Of a DNA stretch of 56,277 bases, positions 6,476 to 18,400 are shown in pieces. The stretch spans positions 1 through 56,277 of IMG/VR virus record IMGVR_UViG_3300034683_000619, one strand, 5' to 3'. The stretch is from a virus. Lineage: Duplodnaviria; Caudoviricetes. A model generated the notes under the pieces. It saw only the letters and a list, made by a program, of their open reading frames with translations. It did no database searches and was not told where the DNA came from. The stretch's first letter is position 1; each line of letters begins with the position of its first letter. A program made the position numbers and the translations under genes.

Positions 6476-9400
6476 TCACTCCATCATTTTGTTGAGCGAG
6501 TCCATTGTTGATCTGATCCTCGCCTCGACATGCTTCACCCGCTCTTTCTCGCCACCCTTGCGCAACAGATCCCTCCGCATCTTCTGGAGCTTTTGCACGC
6601 GCCTGTAGGTGACGGCCGCCCTGCCGATGAGCCGGGCCTCTGGGTTGTCGGCCATGTATTGGCGCACGTCGCCGCGATTCTCGCGCAGACCTTCAACCTC
6701 TGCCGCATGCATGTTCAGCTGTTTGATGTTGCGGTAAAACGCGGTCGACGTTGCTGACGAGTCGGCGCTGTCGCCATAGAACCTGCTGACCAGCGGGATT
6801 TTATACGTCGGCAAATCCTCACCCGTGAACGCTGAACCTGCAGTCTGCATTGCCTTTAACGACTCCCTTCCGACCCCGCCAAGCGCCTGCCCGATCAGGT
6901 AGTCAATCTGGTCTGGCGTTGGCGAGAGTAGTCCTGGGGTGTACTCGTTGCCACCAGTAAGGAAATTCAGCGCCCGTGACAATCCCACACCTATAGCGCT
7001 CGCGGTATCCTTCATCCGTGAATGGCCGGGTGTCGGCTTGAGAGGGTTGAAGTTGGGAAGCGCTATGTTCTTTCCGGTCCAGTCCTTGTTCTCGCTGAGT
7101 GCAATCAACGGATCAATGACCGTCGGGGCGATGGTCTGCACAGAAAACCCGGCATTCCCCACAGGGTTGAACGTCTCCGCAAACGAACTGAGGATGCTTG
7201 CCACACGTTCACCGGTTCGCTCGCCGCCGCTCAGCGCCCACTCGGTCGCAACCCGGGCGAGGTTCGGAATGACGTTGAAGCCCAAGGGCATCGGAATGGT
7301 GGCATACTTCTTGTTGCCAATCGGAACAATGATGCTCCGCTCCTTGATAAAATCCTTCGGCTCGTCGTCACCAAACCCGGCGGCGGCCAACAGCACCGCT
7401 TGCGAGGCACCGAGCAGGAGACCGCCGGCCAGGATCTTTTTACCAGCGGGACCGCGCAGGGTCCGGTACAGCTTTTCCGTGCCTTGCACCGCGGCATTGA
7501 AAAAGGCGTACATTGCCCCGGCTTGCGTGGCCACCTTCCCCTTTCGGTTGAAATTCAGGGTGATGTTTTTGGCTAAACTGGCAGCTCGTTTCCTGGAAAG
7601 GCCCTGGCTACGCGCTTCCATGTACACCGCCAGCCGGGAGGCGTTTTCCATCACGTCGTTATACAGACTCACCTGCTGTTTAACCCAATTGAAACGGTCT
7701 GCTGCCTTGCTGGCTGCCGTTGACAACATGGCCCGCTTGAGATCTTTCGCTCTGGCGTCGGCATCCTCGAACATATCCCGGAAACCGGTGGTCCCGCCTT
7801 CAAGCTGCATCTCCCGCCATGCCCGGCCGATTTCGGTGTTCAACGGTTGGCCCTTTGCATCGGCCCATATCGCCTTGAACAGCGGTCCAATGCTGGTCGC
7901 GATACGCTTGGCCACTTGTTTCTGTCTTCCGGCAAGGGGCGTGTTGGTCAGGTTCAACAAGGCTGCCCCTGCGTCTCTGATCGCATTCACCGGGCCAAAC
8001 ACCAGGTTGTACTGGGTGTTCACCGCGCTGAACCAGCGGGTCAGCATGGCAGAGGTGCGCAGGATCGTACCGAGCTGCTCCACGTCCAGGTTCTTGAGCG
8101 CTTCTGCCAACCGTATACCGCGCTCGCTCCGTTCGTTGAATAGGACCGCTCGTTCCTCGATGTGCCCATTTTCATTGACGAATCGGTGGACCACCGCATT
8201 TGGCTTGTTCTTGTACCCCGGGTCCGGCCGAGAGATTACAAGGCCTGTCACCGGGTCAAACTCGCGGACCATCGGCGGTGTCTCGATTGTCCAAACGTCC
8301 GGATTGGGATTGGCCGCCGCCAGTCCATAGAGCGCCTTGGATATGGCCGCCTTCTCCCCACGGACAATCGCCTTCTCTCGCTGCATGACGATGTGCGCCA
8401 GTATATCGACCACCTTGCGGTTGCTGCCGGTCCGGGCCCGTGTCGCAGAACCTTTCACGGAGAATCCCTGTCCGATCCCTGTGCCGTTGTCCATGTCTTC
8501 GCGATGCAGGGGGACGTAATGCTCGAAGGCCTCCGCCCAGGCTTCAACGACCTCACGGCCTTCCAACTCGTACTGCACCAAAGTGGCGCGGGTCTTGGCG
8601 ATGAAGCGTTGCCATTTCTTCGCCAGTTCCTGGTATTGGCGTCTCCGTTCAACTGGCAGGTTGGCCAGTACCTGTTCAGCCGCCTCGTTACTCATCCCGG
8701 AGAGCGTGGTGTTATCCCCGAGAAACGGCTTGGCGTGCCGTATCTTCCGGTGGCGTTCCCTGGCCTTGACGTACTGCTCGATAATCGGTTCCTCCCGCAG
8801 TCGATTCAATTCCTCGCGCACAACCAACAACAATGAATCATCGGCGTCGCCGGTCTCCACGTCTCGCTCCGCCGTTGCCAACTCGCGCTCCTTCTGGATG
8901 AACCGCTGCACGACAGCGGACTCCTGCAGGCGGTCCCGATCGGCCTTGGCCTGCTCCTTTAGGGCGGCAAGTTCCTCCTCGTTAGGATTGCGGAGTCGCA
9001 AGGATTCGTTCGCCTCCGGAGCGTGCAGGGCGTGCATGTACTCCTCAAACTCAGACAGGTCGCCCCCTTGGATCTCGCCAAGTTCTTTCATCAACGGGTT
9101 GACCTCGGAGATCAGCATATCCTCGGTGCGTTTGGCTGCCCGCTTGTGATAGAGCTCTTCGGCCATGCGCACGTCATGCTCTTCGCTGATTGGCCCCAGC
9201 TCCTGCTCAATGTTGTCCTGAATACGTTTCAGGTCGATCAGTTTGTCCTGGACACTGTACAGAAAGGTATCACGCTTGGAGTCCTGCGGGGTTTGCCATG
9301 CGGGCCCGGTCCCGTTTCCGGTAAGTCCACCAGCCACGGAATAGCGCACATCCGGATTGTCGGCGTCAAACTCCCCGGTGTTGATCTCGGCACTTTTCAC

Positions 9401-12400
9401 CTGATTGGGCTCAAAGACAACCACGTGTCCCTCGTCCTCAAGGATAACCCCATCATGGCCGGCAAGCTGCAGCCGTTTGGCGTGGGCCTTGGCTTCTTCC
9501 ACCGTGCGAAGGTTTGGCAACTGGTGCGCCTGCATCCGCTTTGGATTTTCTACCTTGAGGTAGAAGGCCCGGTTCGCCCCATCGATGCCGGCGTAGCCAC
9601 GCGAGTAGTTGGGGTCCATGGCAAAGAAGAAGCCCAACCCGGCGCCAGGACTGTGCGTCTTCTGGCCGACCTTGTTCGTGTCGAAGGTCCAGAAGGTTTC
9701 CGGTGATCCGTGATACACTGGCTCTGTGATTTGCGAATCACCAAGGAACCGTTTCAGGGCCGGAGAATTAGGGTCGACGGATTTGAACATCTCCCGCACC
9801 GACAACATCGCACTCTGTGCCGCATTGCCCCCACTGGCCGCATTCACAGCAGCCCGAGCGAAAATCACTAGATCCTTATGTGACAGGGTGTCGGGTGAGG
9901 TGATGCCAGCCTTGATCAGCAGCTTCCTGAAGAAAGAAAGTATACGGTCAACGATGGATAATTTGGTATTGGCGTTGTCTTCGACAAGATAGGCCGCAAC
10001 TTCGGACCAGTAGTGTTCCGGTTTGGTATTTTCCGGAACCCGTGCCATGGCTGCGCGGATAGCATCACCAACAATCCCATTGACCTTGCTCCGCTTTTTT
10101 AGGCTGCCCAGGATGGTCTGGTATTCAGCGTCGTCCGTGAACCCGAGCCGGCCGGCATGTTCGCCCATTTCGTGCAGCAGGACCGGAAAAGTTTGGCCTT
10201 TCTCGATACCATCGCGCACCAAGTAGGCTGTTCCGTTGACATAAGCACCCTGGATGGAGCCTGATTTGGAATATTTGACGGATGCGGTCTTTGAGCTGTC
10301 AATAACTCCCCGCATCTCTTCCTGGCTATCGATGATGACGACGCGGCCAGGTTTAAGGAGCCGGCGAGTTCGGATTCCGCCAAGCGATGTGCGTAACTCA
10401 GCCTCGATGTCGGCGCGGTTTTCGGTGGGGACGGTGGTGGTTACTGACAACTGTGCGCCAGTCGTCTGCCCGCTCTCAGTTCCTGCCAGCTCCCGTTCCA
10501 CCTCCACCAGCCGCTCACGCATCCGTTTCAATTCGTCGGCCTTTGAAAATTCAGCGCTTGCCCTGGCCCTGGTCGGATCCAAGTCCCGCTTCGCAATGTC
10601 CAGGCTTTCCTGCAGGAGTTGCACGTTACCAGGAATATTTCTGGTCTTCCTGTTGACCTCTGTAAAAAGTTTGTCCAGCGAGTTGAGGTTAACCTTGTTG
10701 CTTACTCGTATCACCGTGCCTTTTTCAGTGACATTGATACGAAACGGCGCCTGCCCATCCTCCCTTGGCACCTCGGCCTCAAAGTAGAAAAACACTTCCT
10801 TGGTAGGTTCACCGCGGCGATCCCGCCCGGTTTCGGTTTCAACGGACAGATCAAACTCGATACCGTTCACAATCACGGTCCCTACCTTGACCTCGCCCAT
10901 GTCGTCGGGTTTGCCATCCATGGCCTGGTTGGCCAGGTCAGCGATAGCTCTTCTGGCGGCGTTGCGCGAAATAACCAGCTCGCCGTTGACCATCATGTCG
11001 AAAACCAGAGCGTCGCCAAGTTTTTCGTCGATCAGGTTTTCAGCCTTCTGCTTTGATCTCGTCTCTTCTCCGTCAATATTTACCGAGAATTTCCCGTTAT
11101 CTTTTTTTGCTTCATCGTATTTTTCAAGGACATACCTGAACGGGTTGTTATCGGCTCCCGCTTGCCTGAGCGAATCAAACCCAAACACCTTGCCATCAAT
11201 GGTAATAGACCGCTGTGCAGCGTTTCGTTCTGCCTGGTCAATGGCTGTCGTTACCTTGGGAGCCAGCTCTTCGTGTACTGCAATCAGCCCCGGGTACGTT
11301 TCAACAATGTTCGCCAAGCGGTCAGCCTCGTCTTTGACACCCCATTGTTGTCGGTCAAATGCCCGTTGTTGCCTGGTCAGCTTCTTGATCTCCGCATCCA
11401 GCTTGACCCTTTCCAGTTGTAAGGGGTTTCCTGAAGCGATAGCGGCAATCTCAGCCATGCCAACACTGTCCTCGTCATCGAATTCCATGTTGAACTCGCC
11501 TTTATACTGACGAATTCCGTTGATCATCCGCAGCTTGGTAGCGTTCAGGCTCCACAGCTTGGCATCGATGGTGGTCTCAGTTGTGTAGGCCAAGATTTCA
11601 ACCTCGAAATTCTCGAGGCCATATTTCTGCAGAAGTTTGTTTCCCTGACGAATAATGCGCCCTTCCCGCTGCTCGATGTCGCTCGGTTTCCAGGTCACGT
11701 CAATGTGGTGCAATGCAACAAGCCGCTCCTGGACATTGGTACCCGCTCCCATTCGCGGGGTTGAACCAATGAGCACGCGAACAGCCCCGGCATTCACCTC
11801 GTCGAAAAGCGCCTGCTTCTGCTCGTCGGTATTGGCCTCTTGAACGAAACGGATTTCATTTGCGGGTATTCCCATAGAAACCAGCGAATCCTTGAGATGC
11901 TGATACCCGTTCCACCCGCCAGCCTGGGCAATACGCAACTCTTCCATCTCGTTGGTATCGTATTTCTCCAAGGCATCCAGCGCCCGTTGTTCTGCGGCTT
12001 CGTCGCCGGCACGCTCGGCCTCGGCCAGTTTTTCCCGCAGGGCATCATACGCGGCAAGAATCTTTCGGTCGCCCTGAGCCTTTGGGACAGACCTATCAAG
12101 GAAAACAAGCTGGGTACCGCGGTCCTTCTCCCACTGCTTGTAAATGTCATACACCCGTTGCGCCGCCACATCGAGTTTCCCACCCGGCTCTCCCTGTGCC
12201 CTGGGGTTGACGGCGCGCACATCAAGTGACACTTTTCTTGCCTGGTCCATCAGGCGCAGGCGCTTCCTATTACGCTCGGTCACATCTCTCTCGTCAGGCA
12301 GCGCCTCAAACCCGGCAACGATCTGCTGCAGTTCGTTTTCTTGGGCCGGTGTGGGCTGAACATTGACGCTGACTCGCCCACCACCTCTCACCCGGGGGAT

Positions 12401-15400
12401 AGGGAAGTCTCTCCCCTTATCCTCTCGGTACCACCGCTTGATGTCATCATTGGTCACGCTATCGGCGAACGAATAATAGAGATCCATCAGCGCCCGCATG
12501 TTGGACCAGTCCCTCCCTAGACGATTCACCTCCTTGAGTCCCCGTCCTGATTCCGTTGGCTCATACTCAGTAGTGGCGTCGACGAACTGTGCCCGCCATG
12601 CGTCAAAGTGATCCAGCCCCATATCTTGCAACTCGTCAGCGGCCAAGTACCGCATCAAGCCGTACATCTCCACCGCCGAGTTACTGATCGGTGTGCCGGT
12701 CATAAACGCGACTGATCCGCCCGTTTCACGGAGCACCCTGACTTTCAGCCACAAGTCATACGCCTTGGCCGACCCGGCCCGCGGATTCATGCCCCTCGCC
12801 TGCATGTTGGACGAGTAAAAGAGGTTTTTGAATTCGTGGGCCTCGTCCACGGTCAAGTCATCAACCCCCATCTGCTCAAAGGTCAAAAGCCGATCCTTGT
12901 CGGAGGCACGGTCCTGTAACTTTCTCAAGCGTTCAACGATCTTGTCGCGCAAGGCCTCCGCCTGTTTGACCGTCAAGGGTTTTCGGGGCCCATTGAAACC
13001 ATCTTCAATAGCTTGCTCTTCCGCTTCACGAACAGCCGCCTCTGCCGTTTCAAGTTCCGCTTCGAGGTAGCGCGCCTCCGTGACTGGGTCGATTCCAATG
13101 AAGGCAAACGACGAATGCGGCACAATAACCACGTCCCAATCGCCCGTTGCAATCCTGGCGAACAATCGTCGCCGCTTGCTCTTTTCCAGATCTTTCTTGC
13201 TCGCTGCCAGCACCCGGGCGCCGGGATAAAGCCGGTACACATCAGCGGCAAATTGTTCAACCAGGTGATTGGGGACCACAATCATCGGCTTGCGAGAAAG
13301 CCCCATGCGCCGACGCTCGATAGCTCGAGCAATGCCTGTAAAGGTTTTCCCGGCCCCTACCGCATGGTCGTACAGGACAAACCGGTCAACGATCCCCCGC
13401 CAGATCCCGTTCTTTTGATGCCTGCGGAGCGAAATCACTTGATCGGGCACCTTCCCGGGGAACTGTAGATGTTGGCCGTTGCGCTGCCGGTTGACCCTGA
13501 CGTTAAACTTCTTGTTGAACAGGTCGACCAGTAATTTGCGACGCTCGCTGTCTTTGAACACCCACGTTGAGAATTCCTCTTTGATTTCTTCGACCTTGGC
13601 CTTGGCCAGTTCGGTTGCATCGGCATCAAAGGTTACGTTGCCATCACTGTCTTTAGTGTTCACCCTGATACTCTTGCTGTTGAGAAGCGCCTCGAAAAGG
13701 AGCGATACTCCACGGTGCGGGGTGTTCCACTGCTTTGCTGTGCCGGTGCTGTCGTCGCCGTAAACGGAAAAGGTGTTTGATGCCCGCCCAAAACGCACAG
13801 TGCTCCGTGAACCGGTAAGGTGGGTGAGGAAGTCAGCGTATACCGATTCTGGTACCCATGTTGCCCCCGGCATGACCGTCACCTTGTCAGCCCCCCAAGG
13901 CTCGGGTTGAATCTTCTCCAAAGCCGCTATATTTTTTTCTAGGCCTTCGGTGCTGGCTGCATTCAGTTTCTGCGCTACGTTGCCACCGAGGTATTCATCG
14001 GCGGTTTCCCAGGCGCCGGTTTCGGGGTTGCGGTAAATCAACGGCTCGTCACGATTGTCGTGTAGTTCGGCAATGACCCCCTGTTCATCCTTTCCCATCA
14101 GCTCGGCAATGGTCTCAAGATCAACCCGCCCAGTCTCGGACAGGGTGATGGCCAAGGCGTCCTGCGGGTCACTTGTTTTTTCCGGGGCACGGTAGGGGAA
14201 GATGACCCGGCGCGACATGATTGCCGCCAGGTCTGCCGACGCTTCACGCGGTTCCCTGCCAAGTTTTTTTGCTTGTTGCTTGCTGATCGGCTTGGCATAG
14301 GCTTCTTCCAGCGACAGAACAAGTGCACCATCCGGCATGCTTGCCAGGAGCCGAGCGATAGGCGCCGAACTCAGGTGGTACTTGTGCTGTTTGAGGAACG
14401 CATCGTATTGTTGTTTCAACTCCTTGCGGTTGGCCTCAATGTCCCGATCAACCGATTCGGGCGATGTTTCCAGTAAGATCTGCTTTTTCAGCGTTGCCAG
14501 GAGTTTTACTGCGTCGGTCAGCCTTTGGTGGTCCAGTTTACCGAGCCGGTAGTGTACGGGCACCTCGCTGTCGGTGTATCGCTTAATTTCCTTGGCGTTC
14601 AGTCGTCCGACCTTGACTTTGTTCCCCTGCCCGTCAACCTGATCGACCTCTTCAGTCCAGGTACCATCATCCTGCAAGGTCAGCTTGTTGGACCATGGCG
14701 TTTCCGGGGTGAGCTCAACGCGACTCAGGATATAGGATCCCGAATCGGTCATCTTCATTTCCCGCACCATCATCAGTTTGCCGGTCTGCTGATCGATGGA
14801 GATAGACCCTTCCTCGGCTCCGGACAAGGCAATCTCCAAAGCGTCCACCATGGTCTTGAACCGATGCCCGGACACCTCGGTCGTGCTCTGTGTGGACATA
14901 ATCCCTTTCGGTAAAGCCGTGCGAAGAGCTTTGGACAGATCACCTCTGAAATCCTTGCCGTCATAGTGCACGGTGATGTCGCCTTCACGGCGCATCGATC
15001 CTGATCGGTCCATGGTGCCAATGATCATATCAGCACGGGCAGCAAAGTGCGCATTTACCGTCATCGGTTCGCCTGTCATCCGGTCAACCACTTCAACCGT
15101 GTCCAGCCATGACGGCTGTGCGGGTAGTGGTTCGCGCACTGTCTTACCTTCGGCGTTCTGGGTATACCCGGGCTTCCTCAAGATGATAATATCCGTGACA
15201 ACGTCGGTGAGGGCGTTCCCTTTGAAAGCGGATTGTGGGAGCCGGACCGCTGCCAGCAATTCGGCCTGTTTGGCAATCTCTTTGCGAACGGTCGCGTCTT
15301 TGGAGTCCATCAGGTACCTGGACACAACAAAGGCCTGGATGCCTCCAGGTTTCAGGGCCTCGAGCCCGGCCAGGAAGAATTGGTTGTGGATCGAGTGCCG

Positions 15401-18400
15401 GTTGATAGCAGGCAGGTGGGGGAACGAAAGCGAGGTTTGCCCGAACGGAGGATTACCGATCACCAGGTCAAACGAACCGCTGGGCAAGGGAAGTTTTTCG
15501 AATGGTGTGTGAAAAATACCCTCTTGAGGGTAAAGAGCCTGTGCAATGCCGGCGGTGATGCCGTCAAACTCGGCGGCAACGAATTTGGTGGATCCGGATA
15601 ACTCTTGTGGGACCAGGCCTATAAAGTTGCCGACACCGACAGATGGCTCCAGGGTGAGTCCGCCCTTGAATCCCAGGTGCTGCAGGGCGTCCCACATGGC
15701 GGAGACCACCGTTCCAGATGTGTAATGGGCGTTTTGAGTGCTATTGCGGGCTGTTTCCAGCTCGGCAGCCGTCAATAACCCTTCCAGCTCCTCGACGCGG
15801 GCCTGCCAATCCTCCTTGACTTCACCGGTTACGGCGTTGCGGAAAGCGTTGGGGATGCCGCCCCATCCGACGTAACGGGCAAGTATCCGCTGTTCGTCCG
15901 GAGTGGCTCGGCGCTGCTCGGACCACAGTTTCTTAAGGGTGCGGATGGCCTCAATATTGTCGCGGTACTTTTGCACCTGTCCACCCTGGCCAAGGTTTAC
16001 CTCGTCAGTGATGACAAAGTTCTTGGCCGGGATGGTCGCAGGCGCATCGGTCAGCGGTCCGGATCCTCCATTTCTGCTATCACTTGCGGTTCCGGGGGGC
16101 TCAGGATGTATTTTGGGAGAACGACCTCTTCTGCCTCGTGAAGCTGGTACCCGTACTCCATGAGTTCCCTGATTTCCGCGCTTGCCTTTTCCGCTGCGGC
16201 CAGTGCCACGGTCTGCAGGCGGTTCTGCTTGACCAGATCCCGAACGAACTTCGGCCGCCACTGATACCAGTGGTCTATCGCCAGCTCCTTCAACTGCTTG
16301 ACCGTCTTGCCGTAAGGACTGCCCATCGCTTTCCGCGCCTGCGCTGCCGATGTTATCATCTTGCCCCCCTCTTGGTTGTTCCTGCTTCTTATCTACTTGA
16401 TTTATTGTAGATGCTTTTTCAATAACGGTCAAGTCTCCAGCCTTTACATCGGCAAGAAACCTCTGCAGGTAGGGACGGATGGCCTTGCCGAACTGATCGT
16501 GGAGATACTGAATCAACTCCTTGAGCGAATAGCCGACCTGTTTCGCATCATTCCATGCCTTGACGAAATGGGGCTTTGCTTGGGTATAGGTTTCCTCGTC
16601 AAATGTAAGGCCGGAGCCGAGCCGGTTCTTTCCACCAAACAGCTGGCTGAGACCTTCCATAGCCGACTTGACGCCTTCAAGGGCAGCTATGCCGCCTTCC
16701 TTGGTGATCTGGCTGGCGGTTTTCTTGGGCGTCCTTTCCAAACCGCTCGTTTTCACCTCTTCACGCTGTCCGGTTTGTAACGAATGCACGATGAAGGTGG
16801 GGTCATTGTCGCCTTGCTGCTCGGGGTTGGCTGGTGCCTTGGGTTGACCTGTTTGCGCCTTGTCAATAGCTGCTGCGTGAACCTTGGCAACGAAGTTTAC
16901 CAGCATGGCGCCATCAAGAAATTGTGGTGGGGGAGGGCCTTCTCCCTCCATGCCATCGTTTACCCATTGCTCATACCGTTTTGCAAACGCAAGCTCAGAA
17001 GACATGCCAGTAACTGTGACGTTTTGCCACCCTTGCTTTTTCTCCTCTTGCGGACGAGGTGTGGCTTCCATGGCAGGCCACACTCCGGTGTGGCGAATGA
17101 ACTCACTCCTTGTAAACTGTTGGTCAGTTTTTCCAGGCTTCTGCGCCCACAGCCGGTCTTTCCCTCGCACATGAGTATTGACAACCGACAACATCCATTG
17201 GTCAGTGCTCTCGTCACGCCAAATCTTTGTTACCCTGACAAGGCGGGAGCCCATTAAAACAAGGTCACCTACATTGGCCGTCCTTTGATCTTCTCTGACG
17301 ATGTACCGTGGTTGTTCTCCTTGTTGCTGCGTATCATTGTCCTTTGGTTTGGTAAAGACTGCCATCTCAATAGCCCTGGAGATGACTTCTTGTCTGGAAA
17401 ACCCAAAGCCTGGAGGGTACGGCCTGCCAATGGTGTTGCGGTTTCCGTTATTGTCAACCACTTCAAGCACGAAACTGCCGTCATCTGAAGGTGAAGAAAC
17501 AATCTTAAAGCCTTTCCCTGCTTGGTCGGTGGCGGCGCCTTTCCTCTCTATGTCGCTGGCAAATTTCTCCTTCGCTGTCAACCGTTGCTTGGTGGGTGTC
17601 TTGGCCTGAACCGGCTGCTCTTCCTCCCCAAACACATCATCGAGCATGGCGACAAGGTCTTCGTCGGACGTGGCGGCCAATTCTTGTTCAATGGATTGAG
17701 ATCGTGCAGGTAGGCTGGCCTCCGCTTGCGCGGGTGCCGTTGCTGTTTCTGCGCCTGGCAGATCAGCTTTTAAGTTGGCCTCTGGAGTGGTTTGCGCCTT
17801 GGCTTGATCCTCTTTTTCCCTCTCCGCCCTTCTCCTCTGCAGGAAAGCCCCCAGCGACTCACCAGGTTGACGTGTCAGTGGTGCTTTCTCGGTGCCAACA
17901 GCATCACGCCTTATTTGCTGGTCTCGAAGGAATCCTGAAGTGTCAGAAGCAGGTGAGACAAGGTTTGTCTCGTTTTGAGACAAGGTTTGTCGCACCTGTT
18001 GATTGCGAAGGAAAGCCTCTGTTTGGCCGGTTATTTCTGCCGGCCGCGTTGCGCCAAGGTTACGCGGCAGGGATTCTGCTTGATTTGTTGCATTTATCGC
18101 AACATCACTTACCGATTGTTGCTTATCTTCATTATTATACGACGTTTTAAGGCCGGAAAGAGCCTCTCGGTGTGCTGCGCGAAGTCGCGACCGTTGTTCA
18201 GCTGTGTAGGTCCAGTGATCAAGATCCTCCTCGGTGAAACTCTCTGGTCTCCGGCGGATCAGGTCTTCCATACCTGAAACCGCCTCGTCTGGTGCCGGAA
18301 AAACAGAGCCGGCGCGGGTTGTCGCGTAGGTGTTTCCCTTCCACGCCCTGGCCCCCTCCTGGCGCTCGGCCATTCTGTCGAAATAGTCCCCCTGCTCGCT

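Noticed and set aside
6939-8330. 463-aa plus-strand ORF, and similar long + ORFs (1992-2897, 4598-5692, 34281-35345, 36972-37937)
   Set aside because: Antisense shadows of well-supported minus-strand genes in GC-rich DNA; no RBS or recognisable motifs.
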